Below are positions 39,229-52,659 of a DNA stretch of 64,000 nucleotides, piece after piece. Position numbers and translations under genes: made by a program. The notes under the pieces were generated by a model. That model had not been told where the DNA came from. It did no database searches and was given only the letters and a program-made list of their open reading frames with translations. Numbering within the stretch: the stretch's first letter is position 1; every line of letters starts with the position of its first letter. This DNA is from Epiperipatus broadwayi (lineage: Eukaryota > Animalia > Onychophora). The stretch spans positions 17,484,001 to 17,548,000 of the forward strand of contig JAQFVV010000005.1 in NCBI GenBank assembly GCA_028023455.1, in the 5' to 3' direction.

Positions 39229-42200
39229 CTAAAAAAAAAAAAAAAAGTGGAATAATTCTTTGTACAAAAGACTAGATTTTTCAGTAAATTATAAAATAAT
39301 TTTAAAAGTTAACTATTAAATAATAATTTAATATGATTGTAAAATGTTATACATTTCTTACTAATTATCTCTAAGTACTATGGGGAAGGAAGGGGTGCAT
39401 GGTAGAATGAACAACTTAAAAACTATAAATTCCTGAATTAAAACTCAACTTGTTCCTTCTGGTGATCGAACATTATGTGAGATAAATTTTATATATACAT
39501 AAAAGTTTTTAATTTTAAAGTTTATTAAAATATAATTTTGTAAATTGTAGTAGATATAACATTATATTGAATAGTAGTATTTTTGCTATTGATGTTCCTT
39601 TGAATATGTATGTATATGAGAATGTGTGCATATATATATATATCCATATATATTTGTTTAAAAAAAAATTTAGGAGATTTTTTATCTTGAAAAAGACGAT
39701 AGAATAAAAGTGAAATATCGTGAGTATTTTACAGGGCAATACAAACAAGTCTATAAAATGGTGGTATTGGGTTTTATATATATGCATCATATTATATATA
39801 AGTGAGATAAGACTATTATTGTAATATTAATAGTGAACATGACTTGTTAAGCAATTAATTACTTGAATAATTATTATTAGGAGAGATATTTCTTATTACT
39901 AAAATATAAGCATTATAATAATTCTCTAGCATCTAAGCTTATAGAGGCAATTGACCTATTTTGAACTTTGACCTTCAAAGGGATAAAAGGAATTACTTAG
40001 CAGTTTGCAAATAGCTAATTCCAATGACTTTTGATATTTTTAATTGTGCAAGTTAATAATTTAAATATTCAATATCCTTAGAATTTAAACCTGAGCAAAA
40101 AATGTTATGCAACTATAAAATACAACTTAGAATTTTGTCAGCAAAATACTGCAGTGTTTATCTATGAATCTATTACTTGCTTTAATTTTTGATGAAACTT
40201 TAAAAGAAATTATATGCAAAAAAGTGATTACTGCAAAATTTTAGCAGAATCTGTATTTGTAACAGTAGACCGTTAAGGCAAAGTAAAAAGGCAATACAAT
40301 TTGATTATGAGTATGAAAATGTAATAGATCATGAAATTTCATTTAAAGTAAATATTTTTCACTGCATAGTACATCAAACATTAGAATATGCAAGAAAGAT
40401 TTGCTTTATTAAAAGAACATATGAATTTTTTTCAGCTTTAATATTTGTTAAGTACATCATAAAATAAAAAAATATTTATTATCTTGTTCAAAGTTATGAC
40501 AAAATTAACATATGAGAAGCATTCACACATTGATGCAGACAATTTTTGTGAAAAAATTTGGCAACCATTTATTTCTAATTTTAAAAACAATATATATCAC
40601 ATAATTCAGTAAATTTGATCAAACGACTTGATCATAATTTATTCAAACTTTACAAATTGCTCTTTGCATTTTTTTGCCATTACCACTATCTATAGTACCT
40701 GTGGAATGGTCATTTTCTAAAGGTATTAAAAAAACTACTTGCATTCCACAATGGTGCAAGTCAGACTTTTAAATCTTGCCATTATCTCAAGAGAAAGACA
40801 TTTTAGATAAACATGATATTTAATTGAGACTTTTCATTAATAAAAATTAGAACAATTCAATCCATTGTGTGATTTTTTTCTTTCTGTTTAAATACATATG
40901 TATTTTTCTATTTCTTTACCCAATAATGTTTAATATGTTTTTAGTTTATATGCTTGTAAGTTTATCAGTTTTTTATTTATACTATAATGGTCAGTGCCCT
41001 CTCTGCTCCTATCTACCTTACCAGGGCACCCCTAGGCTATTTGAACCTAGAAAAATTTATAAAGAAGGCAGACATGTACAAGTAAGGTTCAACTTTTATT
41101 CGACAGATAATCCTAGTTGCCAGTTCATGGAGAAGCTGAGCTTTATAATATATTTCACACTTAAATTTTTTAATCATTGATAGATAGAATTAATAAAGAT
41201 AATAAAGTAAATCACTGCCAGAAATAACTGAGACAAAACATTTATTATGCACATAAAATATCAAAACAAATTTGAGGATTTAAATCTTTAACATTTTTTA
41301 GTGAATAAATTTATATTTGTCTAAAATTGCACAGAGGGATGAAATTTTATATATTTTAATATTATTTTCATATTTCATTAAGTGCAAATATACTGCATAG
41401 AATATGCATTTAAAAGCCTCAAATCTTTTAATTCCAGGCCAAAAGTTTGTGTCAATGTAACATTAGTTTACTGATATACCAATGTGATCAATGCAAAATG
41501 AGAATGTTAGCATAACAAAAATCATGATTACAGGAATTTACATCTGCAACTTGATATTATTAAAGTAACATAAAGATCCTTGTCCATTACAGGAAAATGT
41601 GTCTGTCTGGTGAAGGAATCTCATGAATATACTTGGAAATAAGAAGTGCTCCATATAGAAGGGAGAGTAGTCCTTGCCAACTAATAGTCCCCATCTAGAG
41701 CATAAGAAAATCAATGGCATAGGAAATATCTCTAACTACTATTGGAAATGCAATGGCTTTCATTTTTGTGCCATGCATTCAATTGGGTGATATACCCTGT
41801 ATGCTAACATGACCAAGGGAATGATAATCCAATGTGCCTCCCCAGATTACATTGACATAAAACACCTGTATATCCATCCACCAGCATTGATTCAACTACA
41901 AAACAAATAGGCCAAAATTAAACTTATTTAAACCAATATAATCTTAATGAGTCTATGCAGTCATTTATACTCGACTTTAAATTTATTAATTTAATTTAAC
42001 AACAATGGAAATAACAATGGCAAACATGTTATACATAAATATTTAATAAATAATTTAGAATTTAACTATCAGATAAGAGATTTTCTTTAGGAGAAATAAC
42101 GTTTAGATTTACTAATTGAAAGTTTGTATTTTCTCAAGTTAGATAATTAAAAGTTCAAATCTCATTTTAAAAAAGATTCATACTTCCCATGGTATTTCTA

Positions 42201-42749
42201 TGGATTCTCCAGATTGCTGCAGGATTATTAAATACCATTTTCATGGTCATTAATGTGCTATACATTCAGTTCAAAGCTTTGTCCATCATTGATTAGTAGA
42301 TTTTTTTCCTATTGGAGATTAATCCATTTTTGTTATTCTTTGGGAATTGCTACTCTGTAGGCTGCCTCTGACAGTGCAACTGAGAATGCAGTCTGTTGCA
42401 TGACCACTACATCATGAAGATCCAAAATACAAGCACCAAAATATTTTAATCAAATCAATCCCAAAAGTAATCTAATTCTTCATTTTATACTATTTCATAT
42501 CCCTTATCACCGAATTCCAGGATCGATCTCTCATAGCTTAGTGTGACTCTCATTGATGATTATGATTTTTCTTTCTGGATTATGTGTTCATATGCTTCTT
42601 TATTGGTTAGTTTCTTTTAGAGTGAGAAACACCAATATTTTCTTATCATTAGTAATTTTAATTTCTCTTATCTGATTTACAATGTGTTAAATGCCCCAAG
42701 GGCATGTTTACCATTACATTTCAATAGAAATTCATTTCCACTCTACTAT

Positions 42750-44263
42750 TGTAATATCCACACTACGACTGTGCCAATGTTATATCTGCAAGTCATACTG
42801 TGTGGTCAGCAAATAACGTTATACAATTCCCACGCTGTTCTTTTCCAACGAGTGCTCTCCAACGAATGGTCTATTTTTCAACGAATACCCTGCTCTGCAA
42901 TGAATGCTTCTACTCTGCAACTAATGCTCTTCTCTGCAACAAATGCTTCTACTCTGCAACTAATGCCCTACTCTGCAACTAATGCTCTTCTCTGCAACTA
43001 ATGCTCTTCTCTGCAACTAATGCTTTTCTCTGCTGCAGTCTCTTTCAGCTACACCCATGGACTACATTTCCACTGGGCGCTGGTCATTTACCGCCAGCAC
43101 TAACACGAGATATCTCTACTCTAATACTGTCCGCTACTCACTACCATGTGACTGCTCTCTACTACTCTCTATATTACACTGCGCGATGTTACCCAGTCTT
43201 CTTATCGCTCTCTGACAACTGCCACTATCAATCAATGCACTGACCAATAAGGTAATGTCTCTTATCTAGAAACATTTGTAATTAGCAAATATTTCTAGGA
43301 ATTGTCGATCGCCATTACATCAATGCACTAATTAAATTCCTCAGCTATCAGAGCGCAATCTAAAAACAGCCTTATGAATAAATTCTAGTTTTTTCTGGAG
43401 TGCACAAACATGTCTGCCATTTTACAAAACACTACACACCTCCCTCCACTCCAGAAAAACCCTTGTTGTTAACGTTACTAATTGGGATTGACATTTTCAC
43501 CCGGTTTCTCCATCTACAGCTAAACTTGTAGTTCAACGTATTCGCTACTCCCAGGTTCCAAATACGACTGCGCCATTGTAATATCCGCACTATGACTGTG
43601 CCAATGTTATATCTGCAAGTCATACTGTGCGGTCAGCAAATAACGTTATACAATTCCCACGCTGTTCTTTTCCAACGAGTGCTCTCCAACGAATGGTCTA
43701 TTTTGCAACGAATGCCTGGCTCTGCAATGAATGCTTCTACTCTGCAACTAATGCTCTTCTCTGCAACAAATGCTTCTACTCTGCAACTAATGCTCTTCTC
43801 TACAACTAATGCTCTTCTCGGCAACTAATGCTCTTCTCTGCAACTAATGCTCTTCTCTGCTGCGGTCTCTTTCAGCTACACCTGTGGACTACATTTCCAC
43901 TGGGCGCTGGTCATTTACTGCCAGCACTAACGCGAGATATCTCTACTCTAATACTGTCTGCTACTCACTACCGTGTGACTGCTCTCTACTACTCTCTATA
44001 TTACACTGCGTGATGTTACCCAGTCTTCTTATCGCTCTCTGACAACTGCCACTATCAATCAATGCACTGACCAATAAGGTAACATCTCTTATCTAGAAAC
44101 ATTTGTAATTAGCAAATATTTCTAGGAATTGTCGATCGCCATTACGTCAATGCACTAATTAAATTCCTCAGCTATCAGAGCGCAATCTAAAAATAGTCTT
44201 ATGAATAAATTCTAGTTTTTTCTGGAGTGCACAAACATGTCTGCCATTTTACAAAACACTACA
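42750..44263 (-). mobile_element. TRIM-like non-autonomous LTR retroelement: two 687-bp LTRs and a 140-bp internal region
   Basis: LTRs at 42750-43436 and 43577-44263 with TG...CA ends. 5-bp TSD ACTAT at 42745-42749 and 44264-44268. PBS TGGCGCAGTCG (43565-43575, minus) and PPT GGAGGGAGGTG (43437-43447, minus). Confidence 0.88.
42890..43030. repeat. 19-bp tandem repeat inside the LTR (TCTGCAACTAATGCTCTTC), also at about 43720-43860
   Basis: About 7 degenerate units per LTR, visible directly. Confidence 0.85.
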
Positions 44264-45109
44264 ACTATAGTTTAAAAATTACTTCAAAAAAAGGAAAACA
44301 AATTAACAGTTTTCACAATTTTTTTTACCTTCCTTAAAATAATTTTTTATTTTTAGATTTTTAACTTTTCCTTATCACTGTTAAGTTTAAATAATTATTT
44401 AATCAGTTTACCATCTGTACATTTTTTCAATATCAATTTAAATAAATTTTATTTATTGATCTTTTTTTTATATTTTCATTTGAGAGTGATGTAATGGCAT
44501 ATATGTATACCATTACAAAACCTATACAAAATCCAAATGACAAAGTGATTTTCTTGCCAAATAAAATATAGTTAGTTTAATTTTGTATTAAAACATATTT
44601 AATATTTTTGTTTGTATAAAACAGTAAGTTTGTCTAATCATTTACATGAAATTATATTAAATGGAATTCAAAAATGATTTTCTTATCAAAAACATAAATT
44701 ATTTAATTTTTCCCAAATTATTTTTGTTGCTTTTATACCTTTCTTGTATTTTTACTGTTTATATTATTTTTTTGTAAGTTTTGATTTTTATTCAATAAAT
44801 TTATAGTTAATATATTTCATATTTTATTTTTACTCACTGATGTGTTTTTATGAAGTGATGTTTTATTGTGAGGAGGATTATAAAGAAATTAAATAAAGTT
44901 TGCACACAGGCACTGAACAGTACTGCTGTGTCCTGCATATAAACGTACTAAAATGTGAAAAATTAATTTCAGTTATACAAATAAAAGAATGGAGCAGAAT
45001 ATCTAATTCACAAGTCAAATTCTCAAATAATCATTGAAATAAACTTGCAAATATGACTCCTTTGTTTTTATAACAATGCCAATCTGTTTTTTAGATAAGA
45101 AATTAACTT

Positions 45110-45214
45110 TTTTTTCTCATGTGTCATAGCATCAGCTGGGAAGCAAACCCGCTAACCTGGGACAACTGCTTGTAAAGCAGCCGTTGCTGACCTCTTGACC
45201 ATCAACGCTTGCCA
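45110..45214 (-). mobile_element. tRNA-Gly-derived SINE copy
   Basis: Homologous to 12839-12946 (gtgtcatagcatc.gc.ggga...ctgacctct.gacc). Flanked by an AACTTTTTTT direct repeat. Confidence 0.72.
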
Positions 45215-45575
45215 AACTTTTTTTACTATAATGAATAGATAATTCACAAGTTAGATTTTGGCATTGATACAAGAAAGTGGGTATTAAAATATGGCATATC
45301 AATCAATTGTTCCACCCCATACATTTTTGCCTGTGAAGAAATTTTTTTTTTTACTTTTTAGTGCAGTTATGAAAAATAAAAGCATTAATTTTTTTAAAAA
45401 TATATTTTGTATTTTTTTAATTATATATATATGAAAAACAAAAAAACACAAGTTAAAACTTGCTAACGCTTGTATTTATGACAATAGATGGCATTCTACC
45501 AAAAACACCGTCAAGCGTAAGTTTGTTTACATAAATGTCAGAGCAAGCATTCACTGTTTCTAACTTTAGTTCCAC

Positions 45576-45617
45576 CTTCAGATCATGATTTCAAGCTATT
45601 TGCTATCGTCAGTGAAG
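45576..45617 (-). ncRNA. Minimal type I hammerhead ribozyme (inverted copy)
   Basis: Exact reverse complement of 45652-45693. Confidence 0.82.
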
Positions 45618-45651
45618 TGATTTCAAGCTATTTGCTATCATCAGTGAAGTC

Positions 45652-45693
45652 CTTCACTGACGATAGCAAATAGCTTGAAATCATGATCTGAAG
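45652..45693 (+). ncRNA. Minimal type I hammerhead ribozyme
   Basis: CTTCA CTGACGA TAGC-AAATA-GCTT GAAA TCATGA TC TGAAG. Perfect stem I, palindromic stem III ATCATGAT, AUC triplet. Confidence 0.82.
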
Positions 45694-46369
45694 GTGGAAC
45701 TAAAGTTAGAGATAGTGAATGCTTATGTAAACAAACTTACGCTTGACGATGTTTTTGGTAGAACGCCATCTATTGTCATATACATATATAATGATTATGT
45801 AACAATGAATGATCAAAATCAGTTTTAAATTACAAATATTGCTAGGCACTGCTATTACCAGTGTTATATTAATATTCAAAAGTATAAGGTTTGAATTTTA
45901 AGCTGTTAGCCTAATAGTTAAAATAAATAAATAAAAGCTATTGAACAAGAATAGTATTAGTCCAAGAAACACAATGGCAATAATAACAAGTCAGAAACTA
46001 GTCTTGGGATATGTATAGGGTAGCATTGAATCTTGTTGCAATAACACTGTCACCTAGTGTCTATTGATTATTCAAACTTAAAAATTGATGGTAGATAGTG
46101 CTAAAATTATTCTAATAACAATGAGATAATCTTTTGGGGATGAAGACCAACCAGTGAAAGAGACGATGAAGTCTTTTATGTAAAATGGTTTGGACTGATA
46201 CAATACATATATTATTAGGTCGCAGCGATTTAAATCAAAAAGAATTTTATCAGAGCATTGTAACTAGTATTAGAAAGTTGATTAATAATTATAATTAAAA
46301 AACAGCTTATATTATGCAAATATTATTCCAATATAATTTATAAGTGCACTCAATTGGCACCATTCCAAT

Positions 46370-46480
46370 GGGTAGTTTGGTTCAGTAGTAAAGTAGAAGG
46401 TTTTGAATTCAATATCTATGGATCACAACTCAGCTCTGTCACTTCCTGTACTTGAATACCTTGTGACCTCTTATGAGCAA
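46370..46480 (+). repeat. Old SINE-like family, with related copies near 21230-21420 and 29890-29950
   Basis: Recurrent motif c(a/g)g(c/t)tctgtcacttc following degenerate tRNA-like A/B boxes. Confidence 0.4.
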
Positions 46481-46779
46481 TGAAACCTTAAATTTTTTTC
46501 ATTATTTAACAAAACACTATTTTTAATAAATATATTAATGATTATCACAAACCATCTATTAGGTTAGAGAGTATTATATAATTTTTGGCCCAGATATAAA
46601 CTCACTACATCTATTCTTATTATATACAATCACATGGCATCATTAATTTAGCATCACCATACTCCAATGTATAATATTTTATATATATTTTAAAATCTCC
46701 ATCTTTTTATAGGCACATCAAAAATTTTAATAAAAATATCTGAAAAAAAAAATGCAATGCCACCCAAGATGCAATTCTA

Positions 46780-47400
46780 GTTGATGGAGTACTCTTCAAT
46801 TGGCTTGTTTCACAACTCCATCATCTTCGTTTAGTATTTGTTAATAATAAATTACTACAAGCCGCTTTGTAGAAAGACACTGAATGTGATTTCGGCCAAC
46901 TGAAGAGTATAGTTTGGTCAGAAATCCATGTTAGGAGTCATTTGCCTTTTTGTAATGTCCTTTATTCGTATGTTTAAAGAATCTAAAGAAAGAAACAGTT
47001 TTAGAGAATACTTTATACAGTAGAGAACAAAGTTTTTGCTAGGTTTGAGGAAAAGTAGTATTAATTTAATAAGTAAGTCAACTAAGGAAATGAAGTATCA
47101 GCAAATATCATTCAACATATTCAAACATTTTGGAAAAAAGGAGGTGGTTGTTGTCAAAACTAAGAGACTAAGAAATCTCTGTGTTGATGAAAATATTTAT
47201 TCATCTAAGAAGTTGTCAACACTGGAAATGACTTTACTCAAGATGAAGATGAAAAAATCTGATTAGTTTGTGTTAAAGATGACACATTCTGATAAAGTGA
47301 TATGATAATATATAAATAAAAACAATCCAATGGTTGTTTGGGGAATCATGTGATATTCAAGCACCAAAAATAAAAACTTAGGTTTGATCCAGTAACTTTT
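46780..47400 (+). pseudogene. Possible pogo/Tigger-like DDE transposase relic with acidic tract and decayed PHD-like C-terminus
   Basis: Lys-rich ORF fragment followed by DEDEK..VC..DDTF..C..W..ESC-like residues. Heavily decayed. Confidence 0.25.
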
Positions 47401-48915
47401 AGGTCTTGAGTCCATCATTCTATCGTTGATGAAATTAAAAAGAATTTAGATTTAATGAATAAGAAAAAATGTATTATTGAAAATGTTAAGAGTATGAATT
47501 CTAATATATCTGAAGTCAGATTGCAATGAAAGGATCAATAAGCCAGAATGAATTCAGAAAACAAAAAACAAATCCTGATTCATAAGAAAGTAGACATTCT
47601 TAAGACAATCAGGACTTTTAACAGATTGATGAAAAAAGATTAGTATTTATAATCTTAATTTGCCTACTGAAATAAGCCCAAAAGAAATACTGCATAATTG
47701 AAAGTATTTATAAGTTACTTTTAAAACTATACTATAATTTACCATAGAACAAGTCAAATAATATTAAAATTTCAATGTGCCATCTATACTATTTTCAATC
47801 ATATTCTATATATATGGTCTCATAATATGAAAGTTGAGTAACCTATCCAGGAAAAGGTTTTGGACAGACCAATCTTTTCAAATGCTTTTGAAGAGATAGA
47901 TAAACATAGCAATATCAGTCTTATTTAAATATCACTAATATGATATATTTGATGTTAACATTTGAATATATAAATAGTTCAAACTTCTTATGATCTTCCA
48001 AACAATAAACTATTCTGTTATTTTTATATATATATTTAAATGTATAAATTAGCAACCTTTATTTACTAAAACCTATTTATAAACTTTAACAAATAAAGTG
48101 TATTAATGATATTTCAGTTTCTTCTAAGGATGGTTTATCCAAAACATATCATATGGAGATTGGTCATATTTTGCATCATGTGACTATGAATAGAATAGGA
48201 GTCAGCAAACTGTGGCTCATGAGACACATATGGTTCTTTGATCTCAACCTCATAGTTCTTTTTATCATGATAAACAAACACATTCTTTAATTTCCTCTCA
48301 TAATTTGTAAATAAATATTTTGATGACTCTAGGAGAGGGAAAATGCACTTTATAACATTGTTTCCTGAATTCAGCCTTATTGTAAACGAAATGATTGTAT
48401 ATGATGAATATTTAAATATTTGAAATTTGTGAATAAATCGAACTGTCAAAGTAATTTTTTGCTTTTGTTTATTTTTTTAAAAAAGTTTTTTGTTAGACAA
48501 TATATAGATTCTATTATGTTCTATCATAATAAAATAAATGTTCAAATATATCAACAGCCCTTCAAAATTTCATATTTTTATGAACCTATTTTTCACCTCT
48601 TTCCTCATTGCTCTGGGGGGGGGGGGTATATATACAAAATTAGCTCTTCATATTAAAAAGTTTGCCAAATCCTGGTATAAACTAAAAATGATATATGTAA
48701 TATTGTTTAATATTGCTTCAAATTATATATATTTATAAAAATGATATATGTAATATTGCTTCAAATTATATATATTTATAATACTGAATAATTATTTATG
48801 ACTTATTTGAACATTTATTTGTGTATGAGATTCTTTGTGAAAAAAATGAGTGATAGTAATTCTGCTTTGTATATTAATGAGCCATCTGTAAATAAGTTTT
48901 ACTAAATAAAACATG

Positions 48916-49173
48916 TAATTATAAATTTTATTAAACGCCCATTATTATATTAAGTAATAATTTACTAAGGCTGTAACCTTAGAAATAAGCGTCTGAAAAA
49001 TACGAAGGTAGGGACCTCTATAGGATTCTCTCTTTTCTTCATAGCGTAAGCTTGTGTTTTAGGATTTCTCTCTTTTCTTCATAGCGTAAGCTTGTGTTTT
49101 AAGACCTATAGAGGTCCCTACCTTCGTATTTTTCAGACGCTTATTTCTAAGGTTACAGCCTTAGTAAATTATT
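48916..49173. mobile_element. Inverted-arm insertion with Penelope-like architecture; no ribozyme retained
   Basis: The ~70-bp arms at 48955-49024 and 49105-49174 are perfectly inverted, with an internal ~40-bp tandem duplication. Flanked by direct repeat TAAATAAAACATG (48903-48915 and about 49174-49186). Confidence 0.6.
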
Positions 49174-51569
49174 AAATAAAACATGCTAATTTACAAGTTC
49201 AAAGTTCAACACCAAATGATTCACATATAGTAGTTTTAAATAGGAATATCTTTGCTATTTTGATTTTTCAAAAGCACTTGGTAAAGCTGATTTTCTTGGA
49301 TGCCTGTCGTGCAGAGATTGGTCTATTTTCATTTCACATGATAATGTAAAGAATGAGATTAAAAATACTGTAGATAGGCAGTGAAGTTTTAATGTCACTG
49401 CAAATTATTTCTTACTGATGAATAATTAATTATATTAACAGAAATATTGATTCAAATATTTTTTCATAAATATTTTGTCATCTTCCAAAAACATTCATCA
49501 TAATTTATAATCTCATCTTTTAGATACTGCGAACTAGATAACATACTTTGGTAATTAATCCTTACTGTTTAAATTAATTTGGATTGAAAATATGTAAAAT
49601 GATTCAAAATAAAATGTAAAAAGTATATGCACAACTAATTTTAATATTTACATGATGTGAAGTAAAATGGCTGTTTTCTTAGATGAAGTTATAAATTTAT
49701 GTGCACAGCCCAGATTCCTGGAGATCACTGTTGGCCAAAGTTCACAAACAGTAGTCATAACTTTTTATTAAAAATAAAATCTTCATAGATTATTACAATA
49801 TGGAGAAGCATTTTGTGACTTCTTGTTAAAATCAAATGTATTCCTAAGCCACATTTGCCATAGTACACAATATATATATATATTAAATAAATAAAAATAA
49901 GCCTTACAGAGATATTCATACAATACCGAAGGTTTTGTTGGCTAATGTATTACGTTTTACAACTGCTGTGTCCTAGGGATATTCTTTCAATACCTGACAG
50001 ATTGCATCAATAACATTAAAAAAGAAAACCCCAAGCAATTTAAACTCAGCATCACAAGTTTATTCACTTGTCAATAATTGTATATAAATAAAATAATTTG
50101 AAATTACTTTGTAATAACTTATTCACTTATACATTAATTTATAATAGTCCATATATATAACTGTGTGTTACCATTAAAACGGTTTCTTACACACGATTTT
50201 ATAATGATCATTAGCCATTACTCAGCTGATGACGACATATATATATTTAATATATTAACAAACAGTAGAAGAGAACATTGTAGGTTTATATATATATCAG
50301 TCCTTCCTTCACAATATGAGCTCATTTGCATAAAACATCTATTATAATTCAAAGATATTCATGTTGAATGTAAATTTTTCTATAGCGAATACACCAACGA
50401 AGAGTGTCAATTAAACACGTTTATCTGTTCGTAATCACAAAATGTTAATAAGCTTTAATTACATCTTAAATATATACAAGCACAGACAATCCAACAATTT
50501 TTTGCACTTTATACATATTAGGAATTCTTTATGTAAGTTTGGATTAATATAATTGGAATAACATTAGTATATACAAATAAATAACAGTAAATAATAAATA
50601 TATAAAATAATACGTATGTAATTGGTATGTGCGTGTATAATCATGCATATTAACTTATACGTAAATAATTATAAAATAAATCGTTATCAATTAAAAAAGT
50701 AGTTTTAAGAAATAAAAAAAATCATTGCTAATTAACATACGAAATAATAGTTTGAAAATACTTTTAAGTATTTAAGAAGTGTTTTTTTAATGATTTTATA
50801 CAATTACTACTATTATTTGTTAATGGCAGAAATATGAAAACCAAACTGAGGCAAAGCTATTAATCAATATTATAAAACTCAAACGCGAGTAATTACAAAA
50901 AATATTACAAACAATAATTATCTTCAAAGACAAAACTATAAATATTGCTGCCTGAGGTCAGGAGAAGATTTTTCCCTCTAACTTGCACGTTTTTTTTTTT
51001 TTAATCAAAAGAAATGATAAGGAAATGAATTAAATAGATTCAGTACTTTGAAGAATAATTTGAAATGTTTTATGGAAAGAATATTTCTAAGTAATTTGTA
51101 TCATTACTTAAAAAATGCGCTCCGTACCAGTAGTGTATAAAGAGAGTGACCTTAATTAAATCATCATTATCCAGCGCTAGAGTTGTAAATTATTTTATTT
51201 AGATAAAAAGAACACACGACTAATTGGCAACGATATATACATAAATGACTAACTAATTTAGATTATTAAATATACAATTAATACATTTGCTAAATATTAC
51301 ACCAACAAATATAAAACGGTCTTAAAACAAACCACATTGTTTATCCTATACCTGCGGATTATCACATGGGCTAGATTAATTCGGGATTCCAAAAGAGTAC
51401 CGGTCCAATGTCCATACTTTTGTTAAAATTCAAACACACTTTCACTTTTGATTTCTGGGGATAAGATGATTTTAAATTATTATTTTAGAGAGTGCAATAG
51501 TACTAGCTATCTTTTAACGCGTCAAAACAATCTAAGTTGAATATTATTTTAGTTTTAGTTATACCTTTA

Positions 51570-51646
51570 TTCTTTTTTTTAATTTATGTCAAAGCGTTGA
51601 CTGGGAAGCGCAGCTATGCTAACCGCTAGGCCACCAACGCTTGACA
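51570..51646 (-). mobile_element. Internally deleted tRNA-Gly-derived SINE
   Basis: Minus strand GCGTTGGTGGCCTAGCGGTTAGCATAGCTGC...TTCCCAGTCAACGC resembles both ends of tRNA-Gly. Confidence 0.6.
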
Positions 51647-51949
51647 ATTTCCAGACTTGCATCTCCATAAATAATTATTTTATTTAAATTCGATTACTTT
51701 CGCACTTGTTTCTTTTATTTTTTTAAAAGCCATCTGATCATTATTTTAATATAAAAGATTCATGATATTTTTATATATATATTAGTGACTAATGCTTTTT
51801 TTCATTAATCTGACCCTCCAATTTATAGCATACTTAATTTCTATACTGCTTCCACAGGACATGCATATAATCTTTTAAATATTTCAGTGAGATCTGATTA
51901 TCATCCATTCTTTTTTGCTTTACTTCATTAGTTTGGTGTTATTTCTGCG

Positions 51950-52659
51950 CTCATCTAGCATTTGAAGTTGATTATTGCCCTCTGAATTGATGTCTCTACT
52001 GAGTCACATGATGATGTATTCTAATTTGGCATGTATAGAAGTGTCACATCTTGATGGAGGTGATTTAAATACCTTTTGAACTTCCCTTTAGTCTCTGATC
52101 TAATTAACATGATTTTTTTTTTCTGACAGTATCTTAATTACTTTGTTTTTTAAATACTTCCAGATTCAAATGTTTTATCATTTATAGAAAAATTTACTCT
52201 TTGTTTATAATTTTGTGATAATATAAAGATTAATCTTGTCTTAGCTTCTGCCCATTAATAACTCTGCTGGAGTTTTACCAATAGATGTCTATGGCATTAT
52301 ATGTTATGTGAATAATGTTGAGTGTAAAGAGTTGTATAAATCTCCCCCCCCCCACCAACACTTATACTGTCTTATTTGCAAATCTATTTGATTGATGTGG
52401 TATGGGGAAATGTGAAGAACTACACATTTTTTCAGCATTTTCATCTTTGATATGTGAAACCTGTTCTATTGTTTGAAACCAACATTCTGAAATTTGTAAT
52501 AAGAAAAACTCTCACCCAGTCCTTCCTTTGTTTCTTAATACTAGTATTTTTTATCAAATTGCAGTCTAACCATCTAAATTATCTTTCAAAAGGAAAATTT
52601 ATTCACAAACCACAAGAATCATTTACAAAAAAAAGGACCTTTACATATAAATCTCAGTG
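51950..52659 (-). pseudogene. Old Ty3/Gypsy integrase relic, left part
   Basis: Decayed motifs W..LRF..KGPF, FL.FVNKFS, LVSNN.TGFT, P.QSN.FA..TV and GKTPAE.LMGR..RL. Confidence 0.7.

Larger units (their letters stand above)
45477..45780. mobile_element. Near-perfect palindromic Penelope-like insertion with two full hammerheads and one partial
   Basis: The 45477-45617 and 45652-45780 arms are inverted, with an 11-nt indel and a few substitutions. An internal partial duplicate lies at 45618-45649. Confidence 0.75.

Noticed and set aside
41538-41720. ORF with faint resemblance to a Penelope RT (YMEHF...DTF)
   Set aside because: Too degenerate to support by eye; needs an HMM search.
43230-43290. 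CTGACCA...GAAAC with a hairpin in the TRIM LTR, resembling a hammerhead
   Set aside because: The core lacks the conserved GA of CUGAnGA, there are extra bases before GAAA, and stems I and III do not form.
42684-44013. Several overlapping ORFs with repeated SATNALLCN or TLQLMLFS
   Set aside because: They arise from the 19-bp tandem repeat inside the LTRs; there is no coding evidence.
43390-44229. CACTCCAGAAAAA...TTTTTCTGGAGTG read as CACTA/EnSpm terminal inverted repeats
   Set aside because: The LTR, PBS, PPT and 5-bp TSD architecture explains the locus. These motifs are internal to it.
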